Notes under the pieces: generated by a model
Told to the model about the DNA's origin: nothing
The model's input: the letters and a program-made list of their open reading frames with translations, nothing else
Database searches by the model: none
Translations under genes and position numbers: made by a program
In this document: positions 1 through 8,364 of the stretch, piece after piece
Numbering within the stretch: the first letter of the stretch is position 1
Layout of the letters: every line of letters starts with the position of its first letter
Assembly: GCA_041736875.1 (NCBI GenBank)
Contig: JBGSSV010000131.1
Coordinates: forward strand, 6,820 to 70,819
DNA: 64,000 nucleotides
Source of the DNA: Chthoniobacterales bacterium
Lineage (GTDB): Bacteria > Verrucomicrobiota > Verrucomicrobiia > Chthoniobacterales > JACTMZ01
Direction: 5' to 3'

Positions 1-1
1 G

Positions 2-1246
2 GCGGGAATTCTGGATGCGGCCGAGTGCGAGTCCATCTGCGCCGGTCTGGATCGTCTCACGGGGAAGATCAACCGAGGGGAGTTCACCTGGCGGGAGGAT
101 CTCGAGGATGTTCATATGAACATCGAGGCGGCGCTGACCGAGGACATCGGGGCGGCCGGGGCAAAACTCCACACGGCCCGTTCCCGCAACGACCAGGTCG
201 CACTCGATCTGCGGCTCTGGCTGCGCGACGAGACCGCGTCGCTGCTGGCCTCTCTGCGCCGGCTGCAATCGTCCTTGCTCGCCCTCGCCGTCAAGGCCGG
301 CGAAGCCATCATGCCGGGCTACACCCACCTGCAGCGCGCCCAACCCGTCCCGGTGGCGCACCACCTCTTGGCGTATTGCGAAATGCTGGAGCGGGACGCC
401 GCCCGACTGGCCGACGCCGCCCGACGGGCCAACATCCTGCCTCTCGGCGCCGGAGCGCTGGCTGGTTCGACGATCAACCTCGACCGCGCGGCCGTCGCTG
501 CGGAGCTCGGCTTCGATGGCGTCTCGCAGAACAGCATGGATGCCGTGGCCGACCGCGATTTCGCCTGCGAGTTTCTTGCCGCCTGCGCCATCGCCGGTAT
601 GCACCTCTCGCGCTTGTGCGAGGACACGGTCCTCTGGGCCTCGGCCGAGTTCGGCTTCATTCGTCTGAGCGACGCGCACACCACGGGATCGAGCCTGATG
701 CCGCAGAAGAAAAATCCGGACATCGCCGAGTTGGCCCGGGGAAAAACCGGACGGCTTTACGGCAACCTCCTGTCCGTCCTGACTACGCTCAAGGGCCTGC
801 CGCTCGCCTACAATCGGGATATGCAGGAGGACAAGGAGCCGGTCTTCGATTCGGCCGACACGCTCGGGGCTTCGCTGGAAATTTTATCCGAGATGTTTGC
901 CGCAGCCGAGTGGGATGAAGTGCGGCTTGCGGCGGCCTCCGAAGATGCCCTCCTCGTGGCGACCGACCTGGCCGATTTTCTCGTCCGGGCCGGACTGCCC
1001 TTCCGTCAGGCCCACGAAGCGGTCGGAAAACTCGTCGCGCTTAGTCTCCAGCGCGCGGTCAGTCTGCGCGACTTACCGCCCGCGGATTTCCAATCGGTCA
1101 GCGCCTTGTTCGGGGCCGACTCGGCCGGTTTGTTGGACGCTCGCCGTTCGCTCGCCGCTCGCACGGCTGAAGGCGCGCCGTCGCCCGCGAGAGTGGCCGA
1201 GAGACTGGCCTGGTGGCGCCAACATCTGGGCGTCGCCGCGTCATGA
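2..1246 (+). CDS. argH: argininosuccinate lyase (5' end outside window)
   Basis: Frame is open from base 2 (…EDLEDVHMNIE); LHTARSRNDQVA, PGYTHLQRAQP and TGSSLMPQKKNPD signatures. Confidence 0.97.
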   Translation, partial: AGILDAAECESICAGLDRLTGKINRGEFTWREDLEDVHMNIEAALTEDIGAAGAKLHTARSRNDQVALDLRLWLRDETASLLASLRRLQSSLLALAVKAGEAIMPGYTHLQRAQPVPVAHHLLAYCEMLERDAARLADAARRANILPLGAGALAGSTINLDRAAVAAELGFDGVSQNSMDAVADRDFACEFLAACAIAGMHLSRLCEDTVLWASAEFGFIRLSDAHTTGSSLMPQKKNPDIAELARGKTGRLYGNLLSVLTTLKGLPLAYNRDMQEDKEPVFDSADTLGASLEILSEMFAAAEWDEVRLAAASEDALLVATDLADFLVRAGLPFRQAHEAVGKLVALSLQRAVSLRDLPPADFQSVSALFGADSAGLLDARRSLAARTAEGAPSPARVAERLAWWRQHLGVAAS

Positions 1247-1806
1247 GCGACGACAGTTGGGCGGTCCTGCGCGAGGAGGTTCTCCTCGACAATCCCCACA
1301 TCCGCGTGGTTCGCGAGACCCTGCGCACCCCGACCCGGCCGGACGGCCGGGAGTGGCTTCGGGTCAGTCGCAAAACCGGCGTGGCCGTGGCCCCGCGGTT
1401 GCCCGACGGATCCTTTGTCCTCATCCGCGAGGAGCGCGTGCCGGTGCGACGGGAGTTTTGGCAGTTTCCCGCGGGACAGGTCGAGGGAAGCGGAGGCGAG
1501 GATGCGGTGGCCGAGGCGGCGCGGCGGGAACTCAAGGAAGAAGCGGGCTGCACGGCGACCGGCCGGCTTGAGTATCTCGGAAAATTCTACACCTCACCGG
1601 GCTTTACCGACGAGGTGACCCACCAATTTTTGGCGGAGGAAGTGGAGTGGGATCCGGCCGCGGTTTGTCACGACCACGACGAACAGATCCTCGAGGTCCG
1701 CGCCTTCTCGGCGGACGAACTACGGGGCATGATCACGCAGGGTGTCATCGAGGACGCCAACACTTTGGCGCTTTACGCGCGCCTCGCGGCGGGGAGGTGG
1801 TTGTGA
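1243..1806 (+). CDS. NUDIX hydrolase (ADP-ribose pyrophosphatase-like)
   Basis: FPAG…AARRELKEEAG Nudix box and FYTSPGFTDE; ATGA overlap with the argH stop. Confidence 0.9.
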   Translation: MSDDSWAVLREEVLLDNPHIRVVRETLRTPTRPDGREWLRVSRKTGVAVAPRLPDGSFVLIREERVPVRREFWQFPAGQVEGSGGEDAVAEAARRELKEEAGCTATGRLEYLGKFYTSPGFTDEVTHQFLAEEVEWDPAAVCHDHDEQILEVRAFSADELRGMITQGVIEDANTLALYARLAAGRWL

Positions 1807-2621
1807 GTCTCGACAAGTTTCTCAAATTCCGCGATGCGCGGGATACGCCCAAGCCCTTCCTCGACCACCTCGACGACCTGCGGACCATGGTGGTGCGCAT
1901 GGCCATCGCGCTGAGCGTCTGCATGCTGGGAGCTTTCGTCTTCCGCACCGAGCTGGCCTCGATCGTGCAGGCGCCGCTGCTGGCCATCGATCCCACGCGG
2001 GTCGACAACCTGCAGTCGCTCGGCGTGGCCGACTCCATGACGATTTCGCTCAAGCTCTCGTTTTACGCTGGGCTGATCATTTCCTTTCCCGTCCTGCTTT
2101 ATTTTCTCGCCGGCTTCGTGCTGCCCGCCCTGACCCGGCGTGAGCAGAAGGTGGTTTTCCTTGCCTCGGTGGTGGGCTTCGGACTTTTCCTCACTGGCGT
2201 GGCGTTCGCGTTTTTCGGCGTGCTGCCCCAGACGTTGCAGTTCTTTTTTCAGGACGCCCAGAGCATGAACTGGCGTCCGACCTGGACGGTTGGCGAGTAT
2301 TACAGCTTCACCACCCAGTTCATCCTCGCCTTCGGGCTGGCCTTTGAACTGCCGGTTGTGGTCCTCGCGCTGGTCAAAGTCGGCCTGCTCGGGCACGAGC
2401 AGATGCGCAGCACCCGGCCCTACGCCATCGTGGTCATCTTCCTGCTCGCCGCCGTCATCACCCCGACCTCGGATATCTTCACCCTGCTCCTCATGGGGGC
2501 GCCCATGGTGCTGCTCTACGAGGCCTGCATCTGGATTGCATGGTGGATGGAGCGCCGCGAGGCGTCAGCCCTCACCAAACGCGACGCAGACCGTAGCGGT
2601 CAAACACCCGATCCCGACTGA
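1803..2621 (+). CDS. tatC: twin-arginine translocase subunit TatC
   Basis: PFLDHLDDLR, FGLAFELP and ITPTSD motifs, multiple TM helices; GTGA overlap with the upstream stop. Confidence 0.93.
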   Translation: MSLDKFLKFRDARDTPKPFLDHLDDLRTMVVRMAIALSVCMLGAFVFRTELASIVQAPLLAIDPTRVDNLQSLGVADSMTISLKLSFYAGLIISFPVLLYFLAGFVLPALTRREQKVVFLASVVGFGLFLTGVAFAFFGVLPQTLQFFFQDAQSMNWRPTWTVGEYYSFTTQFILAFGLAFELPVVVLALVKVGLLGHEQMRSTRPYAIVVIFLLAAVITPTSDIFTLLLMGAPMVLLYEACIWIAWWMERREASALTKRDADRSGQTPDPD

Positions 2622-2870
2622 TCACCTCGAGCCCGTGGAGGCGGGCCTGGACCACCTCAATGCGATCAAAGGGGTCGCCCTGCACTGGATCAAGGCGCTG
2701 CACCGCGGTCACGGCGCGCCAGTCCGGGACGAGCACCTCGAAGCCGTTTTCTTCCAGGATGCGCGGCAGATCGCGGTCGAGCGAGTAGGGGAGCTTGAGT
2801 TTGCCCAGCCCGACCTTGATCGACGCTTCCCAAACGCTGGCGAGGCTGACGCAGCACTCCCATGATTCAT
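2572..2870 (-). pseudogene. PIN-domain (VapC-like) toxin remnant, N-terminus missing
   Basis: SLASVWEASIKVGLGKL…DPFDR…QA…SRDRVFDRYGLRRVW matches the VapC C-terminal part; no N-terminal LLDTH-type motif; overlaps the tatC 3' end convergently. Confidence 0.75.
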
Positions 2871-2879
2871 TCTCCACTG

Positions 2880-3030
2880 TGTCCTTGGCGCACCCGAACT
2901 TCGCCCGCTTGCGTGGGGGGGGAATCCGCAGGCCGCAACTCCGCCACCCGCTTCCCATGCTTGGTGTTGTAAATCATCTCCCCCGCCGCCACCTCGTCGA
3001 GCAACCGCGAACGATGCATCTCTGCCTCAC
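2880..3030 (-). pseudogene. Phd/YefM antitoxin remnant
   Basis: Manual translation EAEMHRSRLLDEVAAGEMIYNTKHGKRVAELRP, continuing as RKRAKFGCAKD only after a frameshift at the G8 run 2915-2922; no intact start. Confidence 0.7.
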
Positions 3031-3239
3031 ATGATCGTCGGGACTACGCCGACGAGGACAACGAAGCCAAGAAGCGCTCGTTCGAGAATTCCAACCGGCA
3101 CGGACGAGGAGCGCTTCATCCTGCAAGCCCGTATAAGTTGGCTGGCATCCGTGGCTGGGAGAGGTAATCCGACTTTATCCCGCGGCGTGCGATGAAGACA
3201 GGCTGGTTGGTCGGGCTGGTAAATGGTTGGATCAGTTTG

Positions 3240-3821
3240 ATGAAACTCCACCGCACCATCTCCCTTGACCGTCCGCTGCTTGTTGTCGCCTTGGAGGAGG
3301 AGGCGCAGCATTTGCATGTATCCGAGTTTCCTGTGCTGGTCACGGGGGTGGGCAAAATCTGTGCGGCATCCGCGTTGTCGGCTTTGCTCGCGCGTCAGCG
3401 CCCGTCTAGCCTGATCAACCTCGGCACGGCAGGCGCTTTGCAGGAAGGGCTTCGGGGCACGCAGGTCATCAGCCGGGTCATCCAGCATGATTTCGATGAC
3501 GACGGCGTTTTCGCCCTGACGGGTGAGCATTTCGGCGAGCCGATCGAACTTGGCGGCACTGGGCCGGTCTTAGCGTCGGGTGACGCGTTCATCAGCGGCG
3601 GCCCGTTGCGGGACCGGTTGATGGCGCGCGGAGCGCAGGTGGTGGACATGGAGGGTTATGCGGTCGCGCGGGTCGCTCGCGACTTCGGGCTGTCAGTGAC
3701 CTTGGTCAAGGAGATCAGCGATTCCGCCTGCGAGGGCGCGGCGAAAAGCTGGACGGAGACGCTCGACGAGTGCGCGGAGCGCTTGGGGGCTTGGGTGCGG
3801 CGGGAACTTCTGGGCGCTTGA
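3240..3821 (+). CDS. nucleoside phosphorylase family nucleosidase (MTA/SAH nucleosidase-like)
   Basis: VALEEEA, TGVGK, NLGTAG, SGDAFI, VDMEGYAVA and ISDSA motifs of the PNP/UDP fold. Confidence 0.85.
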   Translation: MKLHRTISLDRPLLVVALEEEAQHLHVSEFPVLVTGVGKICAASALSALLARQRPSSLINLGTAGALQEGLRGTQVISRVIQHDFDDDGVFALTGEHFGEPIELGGTGPVLASGDAFISGGPLRDRLMARGAQVVDMEGYAVARVARDFGLSVTLVKEISDSACEGAAKSWTETLDECAERLGAWVRRELLGA

Positions 3822-3855
3822 CCTCGCCGCGGGGGCGGGGGACTTTCGAGGCCCT

Positions 3856-4074
3856 ATGCAAATCGACGCTTACACCAAGATCATGCTCACGCTCGTGGCC
3901 GGCTGCCTGCTTTACATGGTGGCCAAGGACCTGACCCTCGTGCCCGCCGCCCACGCGCAGAACGCCTCCTCTTCCGTCACCGACGTCAACATCGTGCAGG
4001 TGGCCGGATCCCCCGTTGTTCCTCCGGCCGACAGCCGTTTCGAAACCGCATTGCCCGTGCGGGTGCTTCAGTAG
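3856..4074 (+). CDS. small hypothetical membrane/exported protein
   Basis: 72 aa; D.YTK..LT.+A.CL N-terminal helix and AHA-Q; coding-like codon usage. Confidence 0.65.
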   Translation: MQIDAYTKIMLTLVAGCLLYMVAKDLTLVPAAHAQNASSSVTDVNIVQVAGSPVVPPADSRFETALPVRVLQ

Positions 4075-4077
4075 GAC

Positions 4078-4117
4078 AAAAAAACACGCCGCCGGGCCCG
4101 GGGCCGCGGCGGCGTGT
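4078..4117 (-). terminator. intrinsic terminator of rpoA-rplQ
   Basis: 11-bp stem ACACGCCGCCG (4084-4094) / CGGCGGCGTGT (4107-4117) followed by a U-run on the minus strand. Confidence 0.85.
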
Positions 4118-4140
4118 GGTGATTGGTTCCGGTGCGAGGG

Positions 4141-4617
4141 TTACTCGGCGGCGCCTTCGTCCTTCTTGGGCGCGGCCTTTTTCTTGGCGGCCGGCTTTTT
4201 CTCCGCTTTGGCGGCCTTGGGCTTGGCCTCAACGGTGGGCTCGACGGCTGCTTCCACGGCGGCGGCATCAACCCACTCGAGGATGGCCATGGGAGCACTG
4301 TCGCTCTTGCGGGGCCCGAGTTTGATGATGCGGGTGTAGCCACCGGCGCGGCTGGCCGAGCGCGGGGCGATTTCCTCGAAGAGTTTCTTCACCGCGCCGG
4401 GCTGATGGAGCACGGCTACGGCGGTGCGACGCGCGTGGATCGTGCCCTTCTTGCCGAGGGTGACCATTTTTTCCGCCAGCGGCCGGACCGCCTTGGCCTT
4501 GGCCAGGGTCGTGCGGATGCGCTGGTGGTCGATCAGGCTGCAGACCTGGTTGGCCAGCAGCGCGTCGCGGTGGGCCTGAGAACGGCCGAGTTTGACAGTT
4601 TTATTTTGGTGCCTCAT
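4141..4617 (-). CDS. rplQ: 50S ribosomal protein L17 with Ala/Lys-rich tail
   Basis: MRH…KLGR…HR, TTLAKAK and GGYTRIIKLG.R..DSA motifs. Confidence 0.98.
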   Translation of the reverse strand: MRHQNKTVKLGRSQAHRDALLANQVCSLIDHQRIRTTLAKAKAVRPLAEKMVTLGKKGTIHARRTAVAVLHQPGAVKKLFEEIAPRSASRAGGYTRIIKLGPRKSDSAPMAILEWVDAAAVEAAVEPTVEAKPKAAKAEKKPAAKKKAAPKKDEGAAE

Positions 4618-4626
4618 GGCGTTGGA

Positions 4627-5676
4627 TTACTTTTTCTTTGTTTCTTCGGCGGCCGGAGCTTCGGCTTCAGCTGCGTCCGGGCCCGGGGCGGGCTCGATCA
4701 GGCCGGGCTCGAATTTGACGCCCAAGCCGAGGCCGAGTTCCTCGAGTTTGTCCTTGATCTCGTTGAGCGACTTCTTGCCGAAGTTCCGGTATTTGAGCAT
4801 CTCGGCTTCCGACTTCATCGCGAGCTGGCCCACGGTGGTGATGTTGGCGTTGTTGAGGCAGTTGGCCGCGCGGACGCTCAGTTCGATTTCGTTGACGCTC
4901 ATGTTGAGCAGCTTCCGCATCTTGGCGTTCTCCTGACTGACCGCTTCCGGTGTCTGGTCGAACTCGACCTTGCTGTCATCCGAGTCGACGAAAACATCGA
5001 GGTGGTGACGCAGGATGGCCGCGGACTGGAGCAGGGCGTCGTCCGGGGTGATGCGGCCGTCGGTCCAAACTTCGAGGATCAGTTTGTCGTAGTCGGTGCG
5101 CTGGCCCACGCGGGTGGCCTCGACGGCGTATTTAACGCGGGTCACGGGCGAGAAGATCGAGTCGATGGCGATGACACCGATGGCCTGGTCCGTGGTCTTG
5201 TTCTGATCGCCCGTGGCGAAGCCGCGGCCCTTGCGGACGTTCATCTCGAGGGAGAATTTCCGCTTCTTGTCGAGCGTGGCGATATGGTGCTTGGGATTGA
5301 GGACCTCGCATTTGTTGGTCGACTCGATATCGCCGGCGGTGACGGCACCTTCCTTGTTGACGTTAAGCACCACGCGGTGGGTCTCGTGGTCGTGGGTGTT
5401 GAATTTGACCTTCTTGAGGTTGAGGATGATTTCCACGACGTCCTCGACGACGCCGTCGATGGTCTGGAATTCATGGTCCACGCCCTCGATCTGGATCGAG
5501 GTGATGGCGGCGCCTTCCAGCGAGGAGAGGAGCACGCGGCGCATGGAGTTGCCGACGGTGTGTCCGTAGCCGGCCTCGAAGGGTTCGGCGATGAACTTGG
5601 CGTAGGTTTCAGTGGCAGACTTCTCGTCTTTGACGAGAGTCTTGGGCATTTCGAAGCGTCCGAGACGAACGGGCAT
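4627..5676 (-). CDS. rpoA: DNA-directed RNA polymerase subunit alpha
   Basis: EPFEAGYGHTVGNSMRRVLLSSLEG, RVGQRTDYDKL and LSVRAANCL…NFGKKSL. Confidence 0.98.
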   Translation of the reverse strand: MPVRLGRFEMPKTLVKDEKSATETYAKFIAEPFEAGYGHTVGNSMRRVLLSSLEGAAITSIQIEGVDHEFQTIDGVVEDVVEIILNLKKVKFNTHDHETHRVVLNVNKEGAVTAGDIESTNKCEVLNPKHHIATLDKKRKFSLEMNVRKGRGFATGDQNKTTDQAIGVIAIDSIFSPVTRVKYAVEATRVGQRTDYDKLILEVWTDGRITPDDALLQSAAILRHHLDVFVDSDDSKVEFDQTPEAVSQENAKMRKLLNMSVNEIELSVRAANCLNNANITTVGQLAMKSEAEMLKYRNFGKKSLNEIKDKLEELGLGLGVKFEPGLIEPAPGPDAAEAEAPAAEETKKK

Positions 5677-5783
5677 GGTATTTATTTGATGATTCGCCGG
5701 GTTACCCTTGGCGCGTTTGACTCCGCCGACGAGGCGGCGGAACCCAAGGACCTACGGCGCGATTGGTGACGCGCAAGTCCGAC

Positions 5784-5811
5784 AACGTAGCCACCGACGC
5801 GCTTTAAGCAA
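5784..5811 (-). promoter_or_regulatory. putative sigma70 promoter of rpoA
   Basis: TTGCTT-N16-TACGTT on the minus strand, about 100 nt upstream of the rpoA ATG. Confidence 0.45.
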
Positions 5812-5825
5812 GGACATTCTGCCCG

Positions 5826-6434
5826 TCACTCCTCAAGGATGCCGTCCGCGACCAAGCCCTCCCGGTTGGCGCGGAAGACCTCCAGGCTGACCGGGTAGGT
5901 GGCGAGGCGGTTGATTTCGATCAAGGCAGCCGCCTCCTCCGGGGGGATGCGTCCGGCCAGGCGAGGATACATCGCGATGGTGTTGCGGTCTGGAATGATC
6001 ACATGGAAACCGTCGCCGAGCAGCGGTTCGAAACGGGTGTAAAAGGCCGGGGTCAAGGCGAGCGCCGGCAGCAGCGGGTCCTCACCGGTGATGAGAATGC
6101 GGTCGATCACCCGGCGGGTGTCCCGGCGGGTTTCGACATTCGCTTCGACGAGCCAGCGTCCGCCCTCGGTTTCGCCAACTTTGTGCGCCACGCGCCAGGC
6201 ACCGCGAGTGGTGGCGTATTCCAGGCCGCCGTAACCGGCATCGCGCGCGGCAGCTAGGAAGGTGGTCTGCGATCCCGGGATGGACTCATGGACGGGCGGG
6301 CGCGACTCAAACGAGGGCACGACCGTGACCCGCCACCCCGGGTCGGCAGCTCCGGCGAGGTGGGACAATGCGCCCGCCACGAGGACGAGAAAAAAAGCGC
6401 GCTTGCCGTTGCGGCGGGGTCTGGTAGCGGTCAT
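5826..6434 (-). CDS. hypothetical exported protein
   Basis: 202-aa ORF with a signal-peptide-like N-terminus filling the gap between rpoA and ruvA. Confidence 0.65.
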   Translation of the reverse strand: MTATRPRRNGKRAFFLVLVAGALSHLAGAADPGWRVTVVPSFESRPPVHESIPGSQTTFLAAARDAGYGGLEYATTRGAWRVAHKVGETEGGRWLVEANVETRRDTRRVIDRILITGEDPLLPALALTPAFYTRFEPLLGDGFHVIIPDRNTIAMYPRLAGRIPPEEAAALIEINRLATYPVSLEVFRANREGLVADGILEE

Positions 6435-6439
6435 GGGCG

Positions 6440-7042
6440 ATGATTACATCCTTGGAGGGCATGCTGCGCGAGGTCTTGCCCACGCAGGTTGTGGTGGAAG
6501 TTCACGGGGTAGGCTACGAGGTTTTCATCCCGCTCTCCAGCTACGATCGTCTGCCGGCTCCGGGACAGCCGGTCCGCTTGCTCACGCATCTGCAGGTGCG
6601 GGAGGATGCACATCTGCTTTTCGGCTTTGCCTCGATCGAGGAGCGGGATTTGTTCCGCTTGTTGGTTACGCGGGTCAGTGGAGTGGGACCTAAGCTGGCC
6701 CTCGCGGTCCTCAGCGGCATGGAGGTTTCGCGGTTCAAGGCCGCCGTCGTTGATGCGGATATTGCCTCGATCGCGCAAATCAGCGGGTTGGGCAAGAAGA
6801 CGGCCGAGCGGATTGTGCTCGAGTTGAAGGACAAGCTCGGCGTGGCCGCAGCGTGGGAGGCAGCCAGTGCCGAGCACGCGCCGAGTCCCGGCGCACGCGC
6901 GGCCAATGATGCGGTGCTGGCCCTGATCGCGCTGGGCTACAAGCAGGTCGATGCGGCCAAAGCAGTGCGGGCGGCCGGGATGCGCGATCAAAATGCCGGC
7001 ACGGAAGAGTTGGTCAGGCTGGCTCTCAAGTCTTTGGTCTGA
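6440..7042 (+). CDS. ruvA: Holliday junction branch migration protein RuvA
   Basis: GVGYEV, VREDAHLLFGF, SGVGPKLAL, GLGKKTAERIVLELKDK and ALIALGY. Confidence 0.97.
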   Translation: MITSLEGMLREVLPTQVVVEVHGVGYEVFIPLSSYDRLPAPGQPVRLLTHLQVREDAHLLFGFASIEERDLFRLLVTRVSGVGPKLALAVLSGMEVSRFKAAVVDADIASIAQISGLGKKTAERIVLELKDKLGVAAAWEAASAEHAPSPGARAANDAVLALIALGYKQVDAAKAVRAAGMRDQNAGTEELVRLALKSLV

Positions 7043-8364
7043 TGAGCGGGCAAGCAAGCGCCGGCGGGACGCGTGAAGCCGTGGGGAGCGAGGCCGAGCG
7101 GGTCGCTCGCGCCGCGCGGATCCGGGCGGCGATGCCGGAGGGCGGCCTCTTCGCCGGGAAGGAATGGCGGGTGGCGGCCGAGCCCTTCGTGCTGCCGCCG
7201 GGGTTGGCTGAGGATTTGGAGAAGCTGGGATTTCGCCTGCGGAAATTTGTCGAGGCCTGCAATTTGCTCTACCGACTGAGCGTCTCCGGCAAGCAGCCGG
7301 GATGGATCGCGGAGTTCCTCGATCGGGGCAAGCCGCCGGAGTTGCTCGAGTTGGCCCGGGCCAAAGTCTTGAACGGAGAGGTGCCGAAAGTCATCCGGCC
7401 AGATGTCATCCTGACCGAGGCGGGGTTCATCGTGGCCGAGTTGGACAGCGTGCCAGGGGGCATCGGGCTGACAGCCTGGCTGAACGAGGCCTACGCGGCC
7501 GAGGGGTTCGACGTGGTGGGTGGGGCGGGAATGGTCGATGGGTTCGCGGCCCTGGCCGGCGGCGGGGACATCCTCATCTCGCGCGAGGCGGGAGATTACC
7601 GTCCGGAAATGGAGTGGCTCGCCGCCCGCGTGGGCGCGCGGGTGGTCGCGGCCGAGAATCCGCCGGAGGATCTGGCGGCGAAGGTCTATCGCTTTTTCGA
7701 GCTGTTCGACCTTCCGAACATTCCCGGCTCGATGGACCTGCTGCGTGGGGTGGCGGAGGGGCGACGGACGATGAGCCCGCCGCCCAAGCCGTGGCTGGAG
7801 GAGAAATCTTGGTTTGCGCTTTTCTGGTTGCGCCCGCTGGCGGACTTCTGGCGGAGGGAGCTGAGCGACCGCCATTTTATCGAACTGCAGAAGGTCATTC
7901 CCCGGACTTGGCCGATGGACCCGGAGCCGTTGCCTGTCACCGCGGTCGTGCCTGCGTTGGAGATCCAGAGCTGGGAGGAGTTGAAGAAATTCAGCCAAAG
8001 GGAGCGCGAGCTGGTGCTGAAGATCAGTGGGTTCTCCGAACTAGCCTGGGGATCGCGGAGCGTGAAGGTCGGTCAGGATTTGTCCCACGAGGACTGGGCC
8101 CGTGCGATCGACCAAGCCTTGGGTGATTGGTCCACCCAGCCGTGGATCCTGCAGAAATTCCATCAGTCCCGCGTTGTCGAGATGGACTATGCCGACGGCG
8201 ACCGGATGACGCGGATGAAGGGACGCGTCCGGCTGTGTCCGTATTATTTTTGCGGAACGCGTGAGACCACGCTCGGCGGGGTGCTTGCCACGGTGTGTCC
8301 GGCGGACAAGAAACTCCTCCACGGCATGCGCGATGCGATCCTCGCTCCGGTCACCGCGGAGTGA
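7042..8364 (+). CDS. ATP-grasp-like ligase (glutathionylspermidine synthase / circularly permuted ATP-grasp-like), function unknown
   Basis: IRPDVILTEAGFIVAELDSVPGG, LVLKISG…WGSRSV, WILQKF and RLCPYY; TGATG coupling to ruvA. Confidence 0.65.
   Translation: MSGQASAGGTREAVGSEAERVARAARIRAAMPEGGLFAGKEWRVAAEPFVLPPGLAEDLEKLGFRLRKFVEACNLLYRLSVSGKQPGWIAEFLDRGKPPELLELARAKVLNGEVPKVIRPDVILTEAGFIVAELDSVPGGIGLTAWLNEAYAAEGFDVVGGAGMVDGFAALAGGGDILISREAGDYRPEMEWLAARVGARVVAAENPPEDLAAKVYRFFELFDLPNIPGSMDLLRGVAEGRRTMSPPPKPWLEEKSWFALFWLRPLADFWRRELSDRHFIELQKVIPRTWPMDPEPLPVTAVVPALEIQSWEELKKFSQRERELVLKISGFSELAWGSRSVKVGQDLSHEDWARAIDQALGDWSTQPWILQKFHQSRVVEMDYADGDRMTRMKGRVRLCPYYFCGTRETTLGGVLATVCPADKKLLHGMRDAILAPVTAE

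Noticed and set aside
3100-3240. GAGGAGCGCT resembling the SAH riboswitch core upstream of a nucleosidase
   Set aside because: The following GC(R)AC, CAGGCUC and pseudoknot elements are not present with correct sequence or spacing
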